A DNA stretch of 64,000 nucleotides. It comes from Eukaryota sp. GEM-RC1 (taxonomy: Eukaryota). A program made the translations under genes and the position numbers. The stretch is taken from assembly GCA_040285855.1 (NCBI GenBank), contig JAUFOQ010000017.1, positions 1,674,001-1,738,000 of the forward strand, read 5' to 3'. The notes under the pieces were generated by a model. The model worked only from the letters and a program-made list of their open reading frames with translations. It made no database searches and was not told where the DNA came from. This document shows, one piece after another, positions 12,322-23,655 of the stretch. Position 1 is the first letter of the stretch, and each line of letters starts with the position of its first letter.

Positions 12322-14346
12322 TCAATTCATCTCCAGCTGGTCCTTTTTCTGTGACAGTTCAAGAATCCGTTGATTTGCCTCAGCCCTTTCATGCTTAAAA
12401 ATCTGCTCAAGCCGCTTCCTTTCAGTTTCATCACTAGTTTCTTCCAACAACCTTATCCGTTGAGTTTCCTTATCTTGCTCATCAGTCACCATTTGAAGAA
12501 GTTCATCATTAAGCTGGTCAAGTTCTTTCTTCTTTCCATCATCCTTTTCTAAATCTGCTACCGATGGACGCCTGACTCTTGAATTAGGTGTAGCATAAGG
12601 AGATGAAGAAATCTTTTCTCGATCCTTAGCACTAGGTCTTCGAACTGGTTTAGGTTGAGGATCTTTCCTTACAGCAGACTCTTGTCTCTTTGGCCTCACA
12701 AGTGGAGCAGAGATTGATCTATCAGCTGGTGGCTTACTTTCTCTTGGTTTGCTCTCCTTTGGACGATATGGTTCAGGAGTATTTGACACTTTCGAAGGAC
12801 GACGGCGTGCTTCTGGAGGTAATGCAGAGGATGAACTGGAAATATCGAGTTCAGAGTCGTCAATTTCAAACAAATCAGTGGGCACTAGACCAATAAGATG
12901 AGCAGGTAACTCTAACTTTTTAGTGACTTTCATATGTTCCAGAGCTTCGTTGATTGCCTTCTTTTGGATTGCTGATTGATCGGAAAGTTGACGTCTCATT
13001 TTAAGCAAGTGATCACGTTGAGCCTTCATCATTTCGGCCCTCGACATCTTTGATTGGATATTCTCTCTCAAAAGCTCTCTCTTGAAGGCTTCCTTCCTCT
13101 TTAGTCTCTCCAGCTTCTCTGCTCGATCAGCTTCGTTGAGTTGATGCTCAAGGATCTTCATTCTACGCTCCTGCTCCTTCTCTTCAAATAACTTCTTCTG
13201 CACTTCTTCTTCTTGACGTCTCTTTTCCAGAATATCCTGTCTCTTCTTCTCCATTTTTTCATTGTTTCGTTCAAGAGTGATCTCCAATTGTTTCTGTTTT
13301 TCTTCAGCTTGGCGACGTCGTTCTTCGATTTCCTCTTGTCTAAGTTTCTCAAAGTACAAACGTCTCTCCTCGTTTTCAGCAAACTTTTGATCATATGCAC
13401 ATCTTTTTTCATAGATTTGTTGCTCTTGTTGCTGACGTGCTCTATCAATTTTTTGTTGATTGCGTTCACGTCTCTTTTGAGCTTCAATCGCGTGTTGTCT
13501 TCTCTTTTCCTCCAGCACCTCCTTCCTCTTTCGATCATTCTCTTCCATTTCAGCCTGTCTATCCATCATCTTCTGTTGTTGAGCTTCTAGGATGGCTTCG
13601 GTCTTTTGCCGATGTTCTTCTGCTTTCTGAGCTCGTTCAATGTCTCTCTCTCTAGCTTCCCTAGCAGCAATCTCCCTAGCTCTTTCCTCGTCTTGTAGCC
13701 TCTTGCGTTCTTGTTCAAACTTCTCCAATTGGATTCGACGTAGCTTCTCCTCCTCCTCAGCTTGCTTCTTTCTCCTTTCAATGTCTCGTCGTCTACGATC
13801 CTCCTCTTGATGTTTTTGTTTCTTCTTTAGTTCTTTTTGGCGTTTTTCTTCTGCTTCTCTTTCTTTGGCTAATTTCTTTTGGTTCTGGTCTTGTATGACG
13901 ACCTGCTTCTTTTCCCATAATAAAAGTTGTTGGATTTCTTGTTTTTGCTTTCTCTTCAGCTTTTCTAGACGTTGTTGTTCAGATGCCACCATGGTAGACG
14001 TACTAGCAGGCATTAGAGGTGATGACTGACTCATTGCAGAGGAACAACGAGACTGACTAAGAGAGGGATGGTTGAGAGAGGAATGACGGTTAGGTACCGG
14101 AGATGCAAGGAGGTCTGAGGGATTGTCGTATTCAGACTGAATGAGAGCTATAAGATCATCACGACGCTTAAGGCAGTGTTCATATCGTTTTTCAACTTCA
14201 TAAGGAAGATCATCAGCAGAGAGTTTACACTGTTCCTTGGGTTTGTTTATAAGATCAGATGGTATGACACCCTGGGCTCTACAAGCATAAGTGAAGCGTT
14301 CTACATCTGAAAAGCCAAGCTCAGATGCCAAGGATTCGAAGCTCAT
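12322..14346 (-). CDS. Long E/K/R/Q-rich coiled-coil protein, possibly flagellar
   Basis: Intact ORF. First ATG (MSFESLASELG) at 14346; the tool's longer GTG start runs into a MITE. Extensive charged helical repeats. Confidence 0.8.
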   Translation of the reverse strand: MSFESLASELGFSDVERFTYACRAQGVIPSDLINKPKEQCKLSADDLPYEVEKRYEHCLKRRDDLIALIQSEYDNPSDLLASPVPNRHSSLNHPSLSQSRCSSAMSQSSPLMPASTSTMVASEQQRLEKLKRKQKQEIQQLLLWEKKQVVIQDQNQKKLAKEREAEEKRQKELKKKQKHQEEDRRRRDIERRKKQAEEEEKLRRIQLEKFEQERKRLQDEERAREIAAREARERDIERAQKAEEHRQKTEAILEAQQQKMMDRQAEMEENDRKRKEVLEEKRRQHAIEAQKRRERNQQKIDRARQQQEQQIYEKRCAYDQKFAENEERRLYFEKLRQEEIEERRRQAEEKQKQLEITLERNNEKMEKKRQDILEKRRQEEEVQKKLFEEKEQERRMKILEHQLNEADRAEKLERLKRKEAFKRELLRENIQSKMSRAEMMKAQRDHLLKMRRQLSDQSAIQKKAINEALEHMKVTKKLELPAHLIGLVPTDLFEIDDSELDISSSSSALPPEARRRPSKVSNTPEPYRPKESKPRESKPPADRSISAPLVRPKRQESAVRKDPQPKPVRRPSAKDREKISSSPYATPNSRVRRPSVADLEKDDGKKKELDQLNDELLQMVTDEQDKETQRIRLLEETSDETERKRLEQIFKHERAEANQRILELSQKKDQLEMN

Positions 14347-14405
14347 GTGTGTTTCTATAAATGTTTTTGAGCGGGAATTTTTTCTTCTGATAAGTTCCTT
14401 CAAAC

Positions 14406-15490
14406 CATAGTTGTACTTCACAAATCACACTGTGATCTGTGATTTGTGATCACCGTTGTGATCACCGTGATCACAAAGTGCAAAAAATGTTCGAATTATT
14501 GTGATCACAATTGTGATGTGTGATCACAATTGTTGCCACTAAACTTGGTTGCTATTTTGCATAGTTGTACTTCACAAATCACACTGTGATCTGTGATTTG
14601 TGATCACCGTGATCACAAAGTGCAAAAATGTTCGAATTATTGTGATCACAATTGTGATGTGTGATCACAATTGTTGCCACTAAACTTGGTTGCTATTTTG
14701 TATATTTGTCAGATGTTAGTCAAATAAATGCAAATAAACATGATAAGTCAATTGTTTAGGTTGTTTACTGAACGGAGTCCATCATATTTTAATAGAGGTT
14801 ACACTATGAAGAAATAATAAGACCCACAAAAATACATAATTTACGTCCTCCTTCATTCCTCTAGCTATTTGTGGTCTTTGAGTGATAGATTCTCATTCTG
14901 GATCCCAAGAATTTAATTTTTGATTTTTTTACTGCGTTAAAATATGTCTGATTCTCATATAGATGATGTCATTTGAGTTTATTTTAACCTACCTCTATTG
15001 AAACAAGAAGAAAGAAATCTGAATTTTGCGCAGTTTAATGCATTCATGGAAGATGAATAGGTAGAGAAGGGTGACGAATCTTAACATGTTGACCTTAGTG
15101 AGATGGATGTTCAAAACGTAACAAATGACATTACAAGTGAACCATGTGCATTTTATGTTTTGAATCAGACGAGGATGATGCCACTGTGGAGGAAACATTG
15201 AGTTGTCCAACTATTAGTAGAAATAGTTAGTCGACAATTGATGAACTAAAGTAGCTTCAAAAATACTGTTTTTGAAGTTCGTGATAAATCAGCAACTGTT
15301 TAACTGTCTGTTGTTGGGGCCTAAAGTGTCGGGAGATAAGTGACAACATGATAATTTTTGATATCAGTTATGAAGAGTACACATTTCATATCACGTGTGA
15401 TTGTTGTGATCATTGTTATCACACTTTGTGATTGTGATTTGTGATCACAAATCACAAAACAGAACAAAATTGATGTGAAGTACAACTATG
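14406..15490. mobile_element. hAT-like MITE with a tandemly duplicated left end
   Basis: Perfect 17-bp TIR catagttgtacttcaca. 8-bp TSD cttcaaac at 14398-405 and 15491-98. Left ~150 bp repeated at 14560-14700. Many GTGATCAC subterminal motifs. Confidence 0.9.
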
Positions 15491-17066
15491 CTTCAAACTC
15501 TTTTTACTTATGGGATATACTTTTGAGATGCTCTGGGACTCGACTTAATTTTTAATCTAGAATCTCCGCAATCTGTGGATTTCGTTTTGAATGCATAACT
15601 ACTTATCATTACACATTCACAATAGTGAAATTGCAAACTTATTTTGGGAGTCCATTGTAAAAGTAGGAGACCCAATGAGACCAACCACAGACGCTCCTAG
15701 ACTAATGAGTTCTGGTCTCTGTTGAGACATCATCTTCCCTCTAGGAGCAATACATGAAATACTGAAAGAAAACTATTGTCTATACGAACTACTGATGGTA
15801 CAGACTTCTTTAAGTCAACTAGAAGCAGCTTCAGCTGTGAACCAGTATACGCGGAGTAAGGCAATGTTCAGCTGGATGCCATCCCAATACAGGCACTAGT
15901 AAAGCCCTGAACAAGACGCATCCAGCAATTGCAGGTACATTTGATGATTTGAGTGAATCTTTCGGTATATTTGTTGTCCCAGGATTCTCTGGGGGAAGCT
16001 GACGGTTAAAGCTTACCATATACCAGGCATACAGACATGGGACAGAGATAAGTAAGTATCAAATTCACTTTTCTGAAATACACAGACACCATGACCTAAG
16101 TTTGACTCACTTAAAACAGTAAGTTAGACAGTCTTATTCTTAAAACACTGTGCTTTTCGGGATAGACTATATACACCGCACGACATCTTACTATCCACAC
16201 TATGTCCCAAGCTGATTTCTCTTGCATCATTCTTCCCTGTACATATCAAACACATATTGAAATGATATCCCCTCTTACGCTTTAAAGAGGGGATAGACTC
16301 TGGTCCCTTTAATCACGCCTTTTGTTCTTCCTCGTAACGCCTCGCATGTTGAAGAAACTTTCTTTTGAGCTCTTCGTCTTGTCCATTAACTTGGTTCATC
16401 ATTTCGATAATCAGTTTCTCAGTCTCTTCTTCTTGTGGGATGCTAGTTCACCATCTACCTGTTCTGCACGAAATGAAGCCATAGCAGCTTATTCTTCTAT
16501 TAGCTCATGATTGTGCTGAAGAGTGTTATTCTATCTTCTCAATCTGTAAATCAAATAGAAGGGACAATTGTTTTTCTTTGTGTGTGACGTAAACCAATAT
16601 AGTCAGACCATGTAACATAAACTAGTTTATCCTTTTACTTTCTGGTGCGTTCCATAAATACTTCAAAACAACCATATGAGGACATATCATCAGTACATAA
16701 TGTCCAAAATTCAGCAGTATCAGGAAATGCAACATTATCTAGAACAGCATTACATTGTGGATGGTACATAGCGGAATTCTCAGCAGGAGCAGTAGTATCA
16801 TTGATTGTTTCAGCATTGTGGTCAGATACAACAAATGGGTTGGCAAGAAGTTGATCACTGAGTTAAACATCATCAACATCACTGCAATAGTCAGGAATAG
16901 AAGTGATCATCGGATGATCTAATTATGGAAGAAGAGCCATCACAAACAGCAACATTCTCATTAGAGACCTCAGTAGATGCGGTTATAATAGGAAATCGGA
17001 TGATGACTATTGAAGAAAGTTGACCATAGCAAAGTGAAAGTGTATAATGTAAGAAAAATCTCTGCA

Positions 17067-18533
17067 ATGACTCCAGCACCTTCATTCACAGAAGAGGGTC
17101 TCTTTGTCCCTAAAGCTACTAAATGTATTCGTTCTTCTGCTGCTTCTACATGTTCCCTCTCACTTTCTGATCTTAATTCTATCAAACAACGTGCTTCCGA
17201 AGATCCTATAGCTCAACGCCGGAAACTGAAAAAACAACAACGTCTAGAGGCTCATCAAGCTTCCAAACAACGTGTCTCTCAATGGAACAACACCTTCCAA
17301 GCTTCTGTCAGACGAAAAGAGGAAGAGAAACAACGAAGAAGACAACAAGAAGAGCTTCTGCTGCAACAACTTGATGATGAGGAGGCTAAGCATAGAGAAA
17401 CTCAACGCCGAGAAGTGTTATCACGTGCTGCGGAGCTCTACTTTCATGAGGATGAGTCAGTGCAAACACTTCAGTCAAAAATGATCGCCCTTGAGACACA
17501 ATCTGACTGGAAAAAGCAGCTAGATTATAAAAAAATGCTTGCAGCACAAGAAGAGCAATGGATTAGGAAAGTTGATTGTGACACGATTAAAAGAGATCAT
17601 GATGTTATCACCGAAGAACAAAAGCTCAAAATGGAGGCCAAAATGAAACAGAAATCGCTTCACAAATCACTCACTTCCCAATTAGATGAGTGTAGGGATC
17701 GACTGTCAAAAGAACATAAATCCCGATTGGAATATGAACAAAAACTACTGGAAGAGACCTCTAAAAAGGAAAAGGAAGCTGAAGAACAATCAAGAAAAGC
17801 ACGTGATGAAAAGAGATCAATGGTCCAAAAAGGAATGAAAGAGTTTGAAATACAGCGGAAACAGTATCTTGAAAATCAAAAGAGAAGAGAGGAAGCGGAA
17901 GAAGAAGAAAGAAAAAGGAGGGCAAATGAGAAGGAACAATTGGCTTTAGATATCAAGAGTTTGCATCAAGAAAAACAATTAAGGTTGACGCAGCACCAGG
18001 AAGCTTTACACAGAACTCTGTCGGACAATTTAAAAAATTTACAAAAAGAAGCTGATCAACGACTTCAGCTTGAAGAACAGGCCAAAATTCAAGCTGATGA
18101 TGCAAGAGAAGCTCATAAAGAGGAATTCCAACGAAATCTTCGTTCGGTGATTGTCAATTCTCGAAACAAGCAATGTGTCAAAAAGGAACGTCAAAGACAA
18201 GCAGAACTTGAAGAAGAAAAACTGATTGCAAGGCAACAAATGGAACAATTAGAACAATTGAATTTGGAAGCAAAACTTGAGGAGGAAGAAAATAGAAGAA
18301 AAAGAGAGAATTTGGCAAGAAAACAACGTGATCAAGCACTGAAAAAACTACAGAAATCAATGGACTGTGATGATAGATCAGATAGTCAATCAAAAATGAT
18401 TGAAGATTATGAAGAACAGCTGATTAATGATTGTGAAAAGAAAGGTCTTCATGTGTCTCATCTTAAACGACGGGTCAATTGTAGAAATAGGAAACCAAAC
18501 AGATTGTCCGAGTCACAGATAGTTCTTCTTTAA
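17067..18533 (+). CDS. CFAP210: Trichohyalin-plectin-homology coiled-coil ciliary protein, CFAP210/CCDC173-like
   Basis: SKQRVSQWNNTFQA..RKEEE...DDEEA...RREVLSRA..LYF.EDESVQTLQSKM matches the CFAP210 N-terminal pattern as I recall it. ATG at 17067. Confidence 0.6.
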   Translation: MTPAPSFTEEGLFVPKATKCIRSSAASTCSLSLSDLNSIKQRASEDPIAQRRKLKKQQRLEAHQASKQRVSQWNNTFQASVRRKEEEKQRRRQQEELLLQQLDDEEAKHRETQRREVLSRAAELYFHEDESVQTLQSKMIALETQSDWKKQLDYKKMLAAQEEQWIRKVDCDTIKRDHDVITEEQKLKMEAKMKQKSLHKSLTSQLDECRDRLSKEHKSRLEYEQKLLEETSKKEKEAEEQSRKARDEKRSMVQKGMKEFEIQRKQYLENQKRREEAEEEERKRRANEKEQLALDIKSLHQEKQLRLTQHQEALHRTLSDNLKNLQKEADQRLQLEEQAKIQADDAREAHKEEFQRNLRSVIVNSRNKQCVKKERQRQAELEEEKLIARQQMEQLEQLNLEAKLEEEENRRKRENLARKQRDQALKKLQKSMDCDDRSDSQSKMIEDYEEQLINDCEKKGLHVSHLKRRVNCRNRKPNRLSESQIVLL

Positions 18534-19829
18534 TACTTGTAAAATATTTATTGAAACATTTGTTTTTTTTTTAGAAATGGTTGTAAGTACAGTATAATCT
18601 TAATTCAAACATGTAAGTTATCGAAAACTTGAATTCGAGATTGTCTTTGTTCTATCAATTAAAATAGGCTTGATGTACATATCGATACTTTTTCGGAAAA
18701 TCTAAGAAAAAAATTACACTCATCATCTGAGTCTTTGTGTACTTATACAACTTACAATAAATGAAACTTATGTACTTTGAAGGGCTTCTGAAAAGCGTAA
18801 TCAAAAATTTGTAAACCCGTATAAGCCTTCACAATTAGAAGATCTAGGTATGAAAGATCAAAATCCTTAAGAAAAATGAGCTTCTGCAAGAGTATTTCTT
18901 TAAAGAAAATGAAATGGTTAAAATGACAATTTGAGAACTTAAAATGGAATTTTTTCTTCAAGTTTCTTCAACGTATCCGCATAAATAGAACTTGAGCAAT
19001 CCAGGAAAGGAGCAATTAAGTCACCGAGAATCAAACACGAGAAAATTATATTGAATTGTCTTATATTTATTGTCAAGAATTGTAAGTTTCTAAGTTAAGT
19101 AAAAATACAATAGAAATTGCAGTATTTTGCAGTATTCATCAAATTGTATGGTTCCAAAGATAGAACTTTTCGAGATACACTTCTCAATGAACAAGTATTC
19201 ACAGTTGTCAGATCTCTAATGACTATTGTCCTTGATGACTAGTCAATCATCAATGACAACTATCTTTCAAGAGAAGAAACTGGGAATGAGAAGATCAGAC
19301 TAAGAAGTATTCCTTCTAATATGGCGTCTAATATGGCTAAGAATGGCCCTCTAAGAATGGTCTGAATCTAGTTTTCGTTGAAGATGTTTGATATCAAGAT
19401 AAGCAATAGCCAACTTTTCGATTAGAGTCTCCTTCTGTTTGTTTAATGTAGCAACTTCTGCCTCAAGAGTGTTCACTGCCGCAAGAGTTCTCACACTGTC
19501 GGATGAACGCACTTTCTGAGTCCAAGCAAGGTTTGACACATCAAATGTGTAACTGATGGAACCCAATTTCATCGAGATATTGTCATGATGTGTGAGTAGA
19601 ACTGATGTTGAGGGAGAAGTTGACTTGGAAAGACGCCGAAACATGTGATTGTCCAAAAATCAATGTTAAAAGTCCTGTTGATTCTGTTATAGCGCTGTCA
19701 TAATCTCTGTCTTCAAATAGGATCCATGTATAACGAGAACAGTCTAAATCATTTCAGTCCACTACTCAGTGATTTCTATACATATATATAGATCTCAATT
19801 CATCGCAAAAATGGCATTTTTGAATCATT

Positions 19830-20030
19830 TATTTATAGAACAAAAACAGTGAGATAACAGCAAAAACTAGAACTCGATATCATTAAAGTAACATTTATTG
19901 CCATTAAAACTCACATCTGATTCTTCGTCATCGAAAGAATTCAAAGGTAATAGAGCTTTCGCAATCATAGCAGGAATATTTTAAAAATTGAAAAGACATT
20001 ATGATTCAACCAAAACTAAAACTTATAATC
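19830..20030 (-). mobile_element. Short 3' remnant of an RLE retrotransposon
   Basis: Similar to 38560-38730 and to the reverse complement of 27220-27375 (ctagaactc.atatcattaaag...ttgccattaaaactcacatc). Confidence 0.6.
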
Positions 20031-20407
20031 AAATACAGTCAAAACGGTTTATTTTTTTGGGACCTACGCTTTATAGAGTTTCACGGTACATACTTTGATT
20101 AAATAGTCTTTATTTATATCTAATTTCTTGTTGAAATGTTCAGTTTCAGCACAAATTTAAAAGTAGTGTTGTTAAATTGCAATTTGAATTTTTGGTAATA
20201 CTTGTCCAGCAGGTTTACAATTTGTCGGTGATTTTAGTCTTTTCTGTTCATCTAGACAATGCTTTTAATGGTTCTGTAAGGATCAATCGAATTATGTTTG
20301 TTCCTCTTGGAAGTCTTTTCAAGTTTTTAAATGCCATTTACTCTAAGTTGTATAGGTGGAGACTTTAACTTCTTATCTTCTCTGAAAAGAAAAGTAAAAT
20401 TAGTACT

Positions 20408-20493
20408 GAATGAATGTTTGTTGTTGCGATTAGACGATTATATCTTACTAATGAATGTTTGTTGTTGCGATTTGACGATTATATCTTACTAAT
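20408..20493. repeat. Tandem duplication, ~42 bp x2
   Basis: aatgaatgtttgttgttgcgatt(a/t)gacgattatatcttact occurs twice. Confidence 0.8.
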
Positions 20494-20539
20494 CATCGAC
20501 TTTGTGATTTAAGATATTATGTAGCATTTTTGATACAAT

Positions 20540-20575
20540 AACGTGCTCTCTTGGTCACCACCAAGAGAGCACGTT
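20540..20575. repeat. Perfect 16-bp-stem palindrome, related to the inverted-repeat remnant at 21088-21160
   Basis: aacgtgctctcttggt-cacc-accaagagagcacgtt. The same gtgctctcttggtcacca motif recurs at ~21109-21126. Confidence 0.75.
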
Positions 20576-20724
20576 TGTTGTTTGACACACAAAACCAAAA
20601 CCATTGAAGTACTGTCACTGTGTTTTGACAAATTTAGCAGCAATACTAAGACACAAAGAAGAAACATTGAAAAGATAAAGATGTAAGAAAAGAGGAAATG
20701 AGAATTCTGACATTACATAGTGGT

Positions 20725-21022
20725 TTCAACCTTTTGCGATGTCGATATACGGTAATATTGGACCAGCTGCACAAGGTTTTTTAACTTCCTTTGGTAAATT
20801 GTGTTCTGAGTATGGTAAAGCTTTCAATGAAAATTTTTGGTTGAGTAAGTTAACGTTTGCGTTGTTTCGTTCAATGCACAGATATTTTAATTCAATTTTA
20901 GGTAAGTTGTTCGGTGATGGACAGAAGGATCATAGTTTAGATACTTTAGTTAGTGTCTGTTAGTTATTAACTTCTGCAAATGCATTTATTTCACTGACTG
21001 ATCGTAAACCCCGTTTTTTTTT
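20725..21022 (+). mobile_element. 3' fragment of an RLE non-LTR retrotransposon (third subfamily)
   Basis: FQPFAMSIYGNIGPAAQGFL...FWLSKLTFALFR matches the RLE C-terminus. Its last ~75 bp recur at 63220-63295. Confidence 0.65.
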
Positions 21023-21400
21023 TACATAGAAATGAAGATCAACAGAAGAAATTGACTTTTCTATCGGCATTAATTCTTCTCACATGTCAAGGCTCTCGTG
21101 GTGACCACGTGCTCTCTTGGTCACCACTTTATCGTACAAAAAGAACACCAAGAGAGCCTAGGCTTTGAGAAAGCAGCTGACCGACTACTTAATTAACATT
21201 ACGTAAAATCATAGCTGTTTTGCTTCATTTTCAGAACTGTGCCTGTTTCTAACTCATTTGATTCATTTTGAAAGTAGTCAAACATGGAATTCCTGGATTG
21301 GACAGCTACATGGCTGTTATCTTATCATATAAATTGTACTTTAAAATTTAACTATACACTGATTGTTTATTGCTAAACAGTCAAACGTACAAAAGTCAAA

Positions 21401-23492
21401 CTAATCTTCAGAAACATTTCCAATAGCAATAGTTGCTTTCACAGTAATACCACCACCATTTACAAACCCAGATTCACCATCAAACAACTTCCCAGCAAAG
21501 ATCTCAGGAAATCCCCAACTACTTTTCCCGGGAGAGAATGAGTATGAGGTGCTCTTGTGAATGGTCTTGCTGTCATCAGCATTGGCTAATTCAAATTCTA
21601 AATTATAATGATCAGTTGAACTGGTACCATTATACTTCCAAAAAACGCCAAGTTTGATGTCGTTGTTTGCTAGTTTTGCCACACTTACTAGAATAACAAA
21701 CTTGTGATTGTCAAACAAAACTACAGGAGAGAAGAAACGGCCAAACTCATTAATGGGAAATTGTAATTGAGTGGAAAACAACGGACCTTCGGCAATGTCA
21801 ATGACATCAGACATTGCGACATCATAGGAATTAACAAAACACTTAAGTTCCAAACAATCATATTCATTTAGCCAATTGTCAAGTTCAATCATACTAACAT
21901 ATGAAGGAAACCCCCAAGTCTAAGATTAGAATTTTCAAATTTTTTAAAAAACATACAGGGTTCGAATGTCTCAATGTATAAGGTGTATACTTGGACTCAA
22001 GTAACTTAGCTTCTTCCCCTTCATTAACTCCATAAAGCGAGAATAAATGCTCAAAAGTCTTTTGCTTGTCCTCAGGAATAGCCTCGTTAAGTCTAACGAA
22101 GCAAGAGAAGTTGTAGGTAGAAAGAAGACCTTGGTTATGAGGACCAATTTCTTCGTTTTCAGTTAAGAAATTCCGCCCAAACTGAACCATGAGTTGGTAC
22201 CTGTACCCATCAATGATCATCGGTTTAGAGTAAGTTCTGTGCCCATAGTAAGTTCTCCAAGATCTATCAAAAGTGAAGGAAAAGAACGGACAGTCTCCTG
22301 GAAAAGGACAAACAGGTAAAGAGAAAACTTCAGCTGCGTCATCACACGTGTCAGCAAGGTATAGTTGGCATCCAATTGCATAGCTCACACAGTCCTCGTT
22401 CACTGCTAACTTCATGATATCATTAAGAGTCATTACATTGATGAAGTAGGGGACGTTGTTGAGAATGAAACTGTCCCAAGCATGATGAGAGTTCATCAAT
22501 GCATCGAAGAATCTAATATCATACCTTTGTTTGGTAGAAGAGGTTAAATGAGAGAGATCGCTGTTACATCTAATCGAACAGGTGAGTTTGTCCTCACTAG
22601 ACCAAGAGGTGGGAGACTTTGGAGAGTCAGCATCACCCACAGCGACTAGCACTTGCCAACGGAGTCCGTAGATCTTGTAGACCGGACTGTAGAAGATGTC
22701 ACCAACAGTAGAACCGCAAACTTCAACATCAACTGAAAGAAAAGCGCTGTTAAGTGGAAAGATTCTACTATCACCAGACTGTGATTCAATCTCAATACAC
22801 TCTTCGTCAGGGCGATCCCAAGAACCAATGACAATTCTTCCTTTCATCATCCCTTGGTCATTGTCGGGGTGAGTTAGAACTAGTAGTTGAGGAACGTCAG
22901 CAAAAGTCTTGAACTCTTCCTGTTTGGTTGACCATTCACTGGTGATAACAAGATCGTCCTTCTTAATCAGACCTAGTAGCGTAATCTCATAGTCAAAGAC
23001 AAGATCGTCATCAATGGGTTTGTGGGTGGTGCGGATGACACATTGAATTTGCTTGAATTCATGGCTGTAGGTAAGGGTTACTTCAAATTCAAAGTCATTG
23101 ACAACGACATTGAAAGTAGTGAGACATGAGGATAGAGGGAGTTCTAAAGGAGTGGATTTACCACCCAAACGTAACCAGCGAGATGGTTCCAAGACAGAAT
23201 GTGGAACGTAGGGAGAGCGTGCGTTGCTGATGCTTAAGCCCATTTTTGATCTAAAGAAGGAAGATATAGAGTGAAGATCGAAGCAGACATGAGCTTTCTC
23301 CAACAGTCCAGGGCGACGACATGTGGGACAGCAGCCATCCGATGAGCTTGACAACAATCCTTTAATGCAAGAATTACAATAGCAATGGCCACACTCTAGC
23401 ACTAGAGGACTTTGTAAGATGTCACAACAAATTGCGCAAGTCAAAAGGCCCTCAATTTCTTCCAGAGTGATGGAAATCTGATCGTTTGTCAT
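21401..23492 (-). CDS. RING finger plus multiple MATH-domain (TRAF-like) protein, ~684 aa, one intron
   Basis: C3HC4 RING CAICC..CGHCYC..C..CPTCR. MATH-like repeats (SPVYKIYGLRWQV, SKPMIIDGYRYQL, SWGFPE). Splicing 21920-21956 joins HSNP|TWGFPSYVSMIELD in frame. Confidence 0.85.
21920..21956 (-). other. 37-nt spliceosomal intron
   Basis: GTATGT...TTCTAATCTTAG, phase 0. Removal restores a MATH WGF motif and fuses two ORFs. Confidence 0.8.
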
Positions 23493-23519
23493 GGATGGAG
23501 GAGTGGAGATTTTTTTTCC

Positions 23520-23655
23520 AAGAAATGCATAAGATACTATGCATACTTTACACTTTCAAAGAAAGCTTCTTCATACACACCCCTTTTCTGCCGAAGCACC
23601 ACATTACGGCCTCCATTCAAGGTAACTTGAACTTCATCGGCCAATACATAGATAA
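23520..23655 (-). ncRNA. Candidate omegaRNA scaffold of the compact Fanzor
   Basis: Directly 3' of the stop codon: GGCC...UUCAAG-uuac-CUUGAA...GGCC stem (23608-23642), UGC-UUCG-GCA tetraloop (23589-98), and a 7-bp AUGCAUA/UAUGCAU hairpin (23525-44). Boundaries are inferred. Confidence 0.55.

Noticed and set aside
14347..14421. N-terminal extension of the 699-aa ORF
   Set aside because: The GTG start lies inside the MITE TIR; the first ATG is at 14346.
15500..17000. Possible decayed coding or transposase sequence (also 19351..19656)
   Set aside because: Only short ORFs with no motif I can assign.
12370..18393. Many short ORFs overlapping the coiled-coil genes
   Set aside because: Shadow frames of E/K/R/Q-biased coding sequence.
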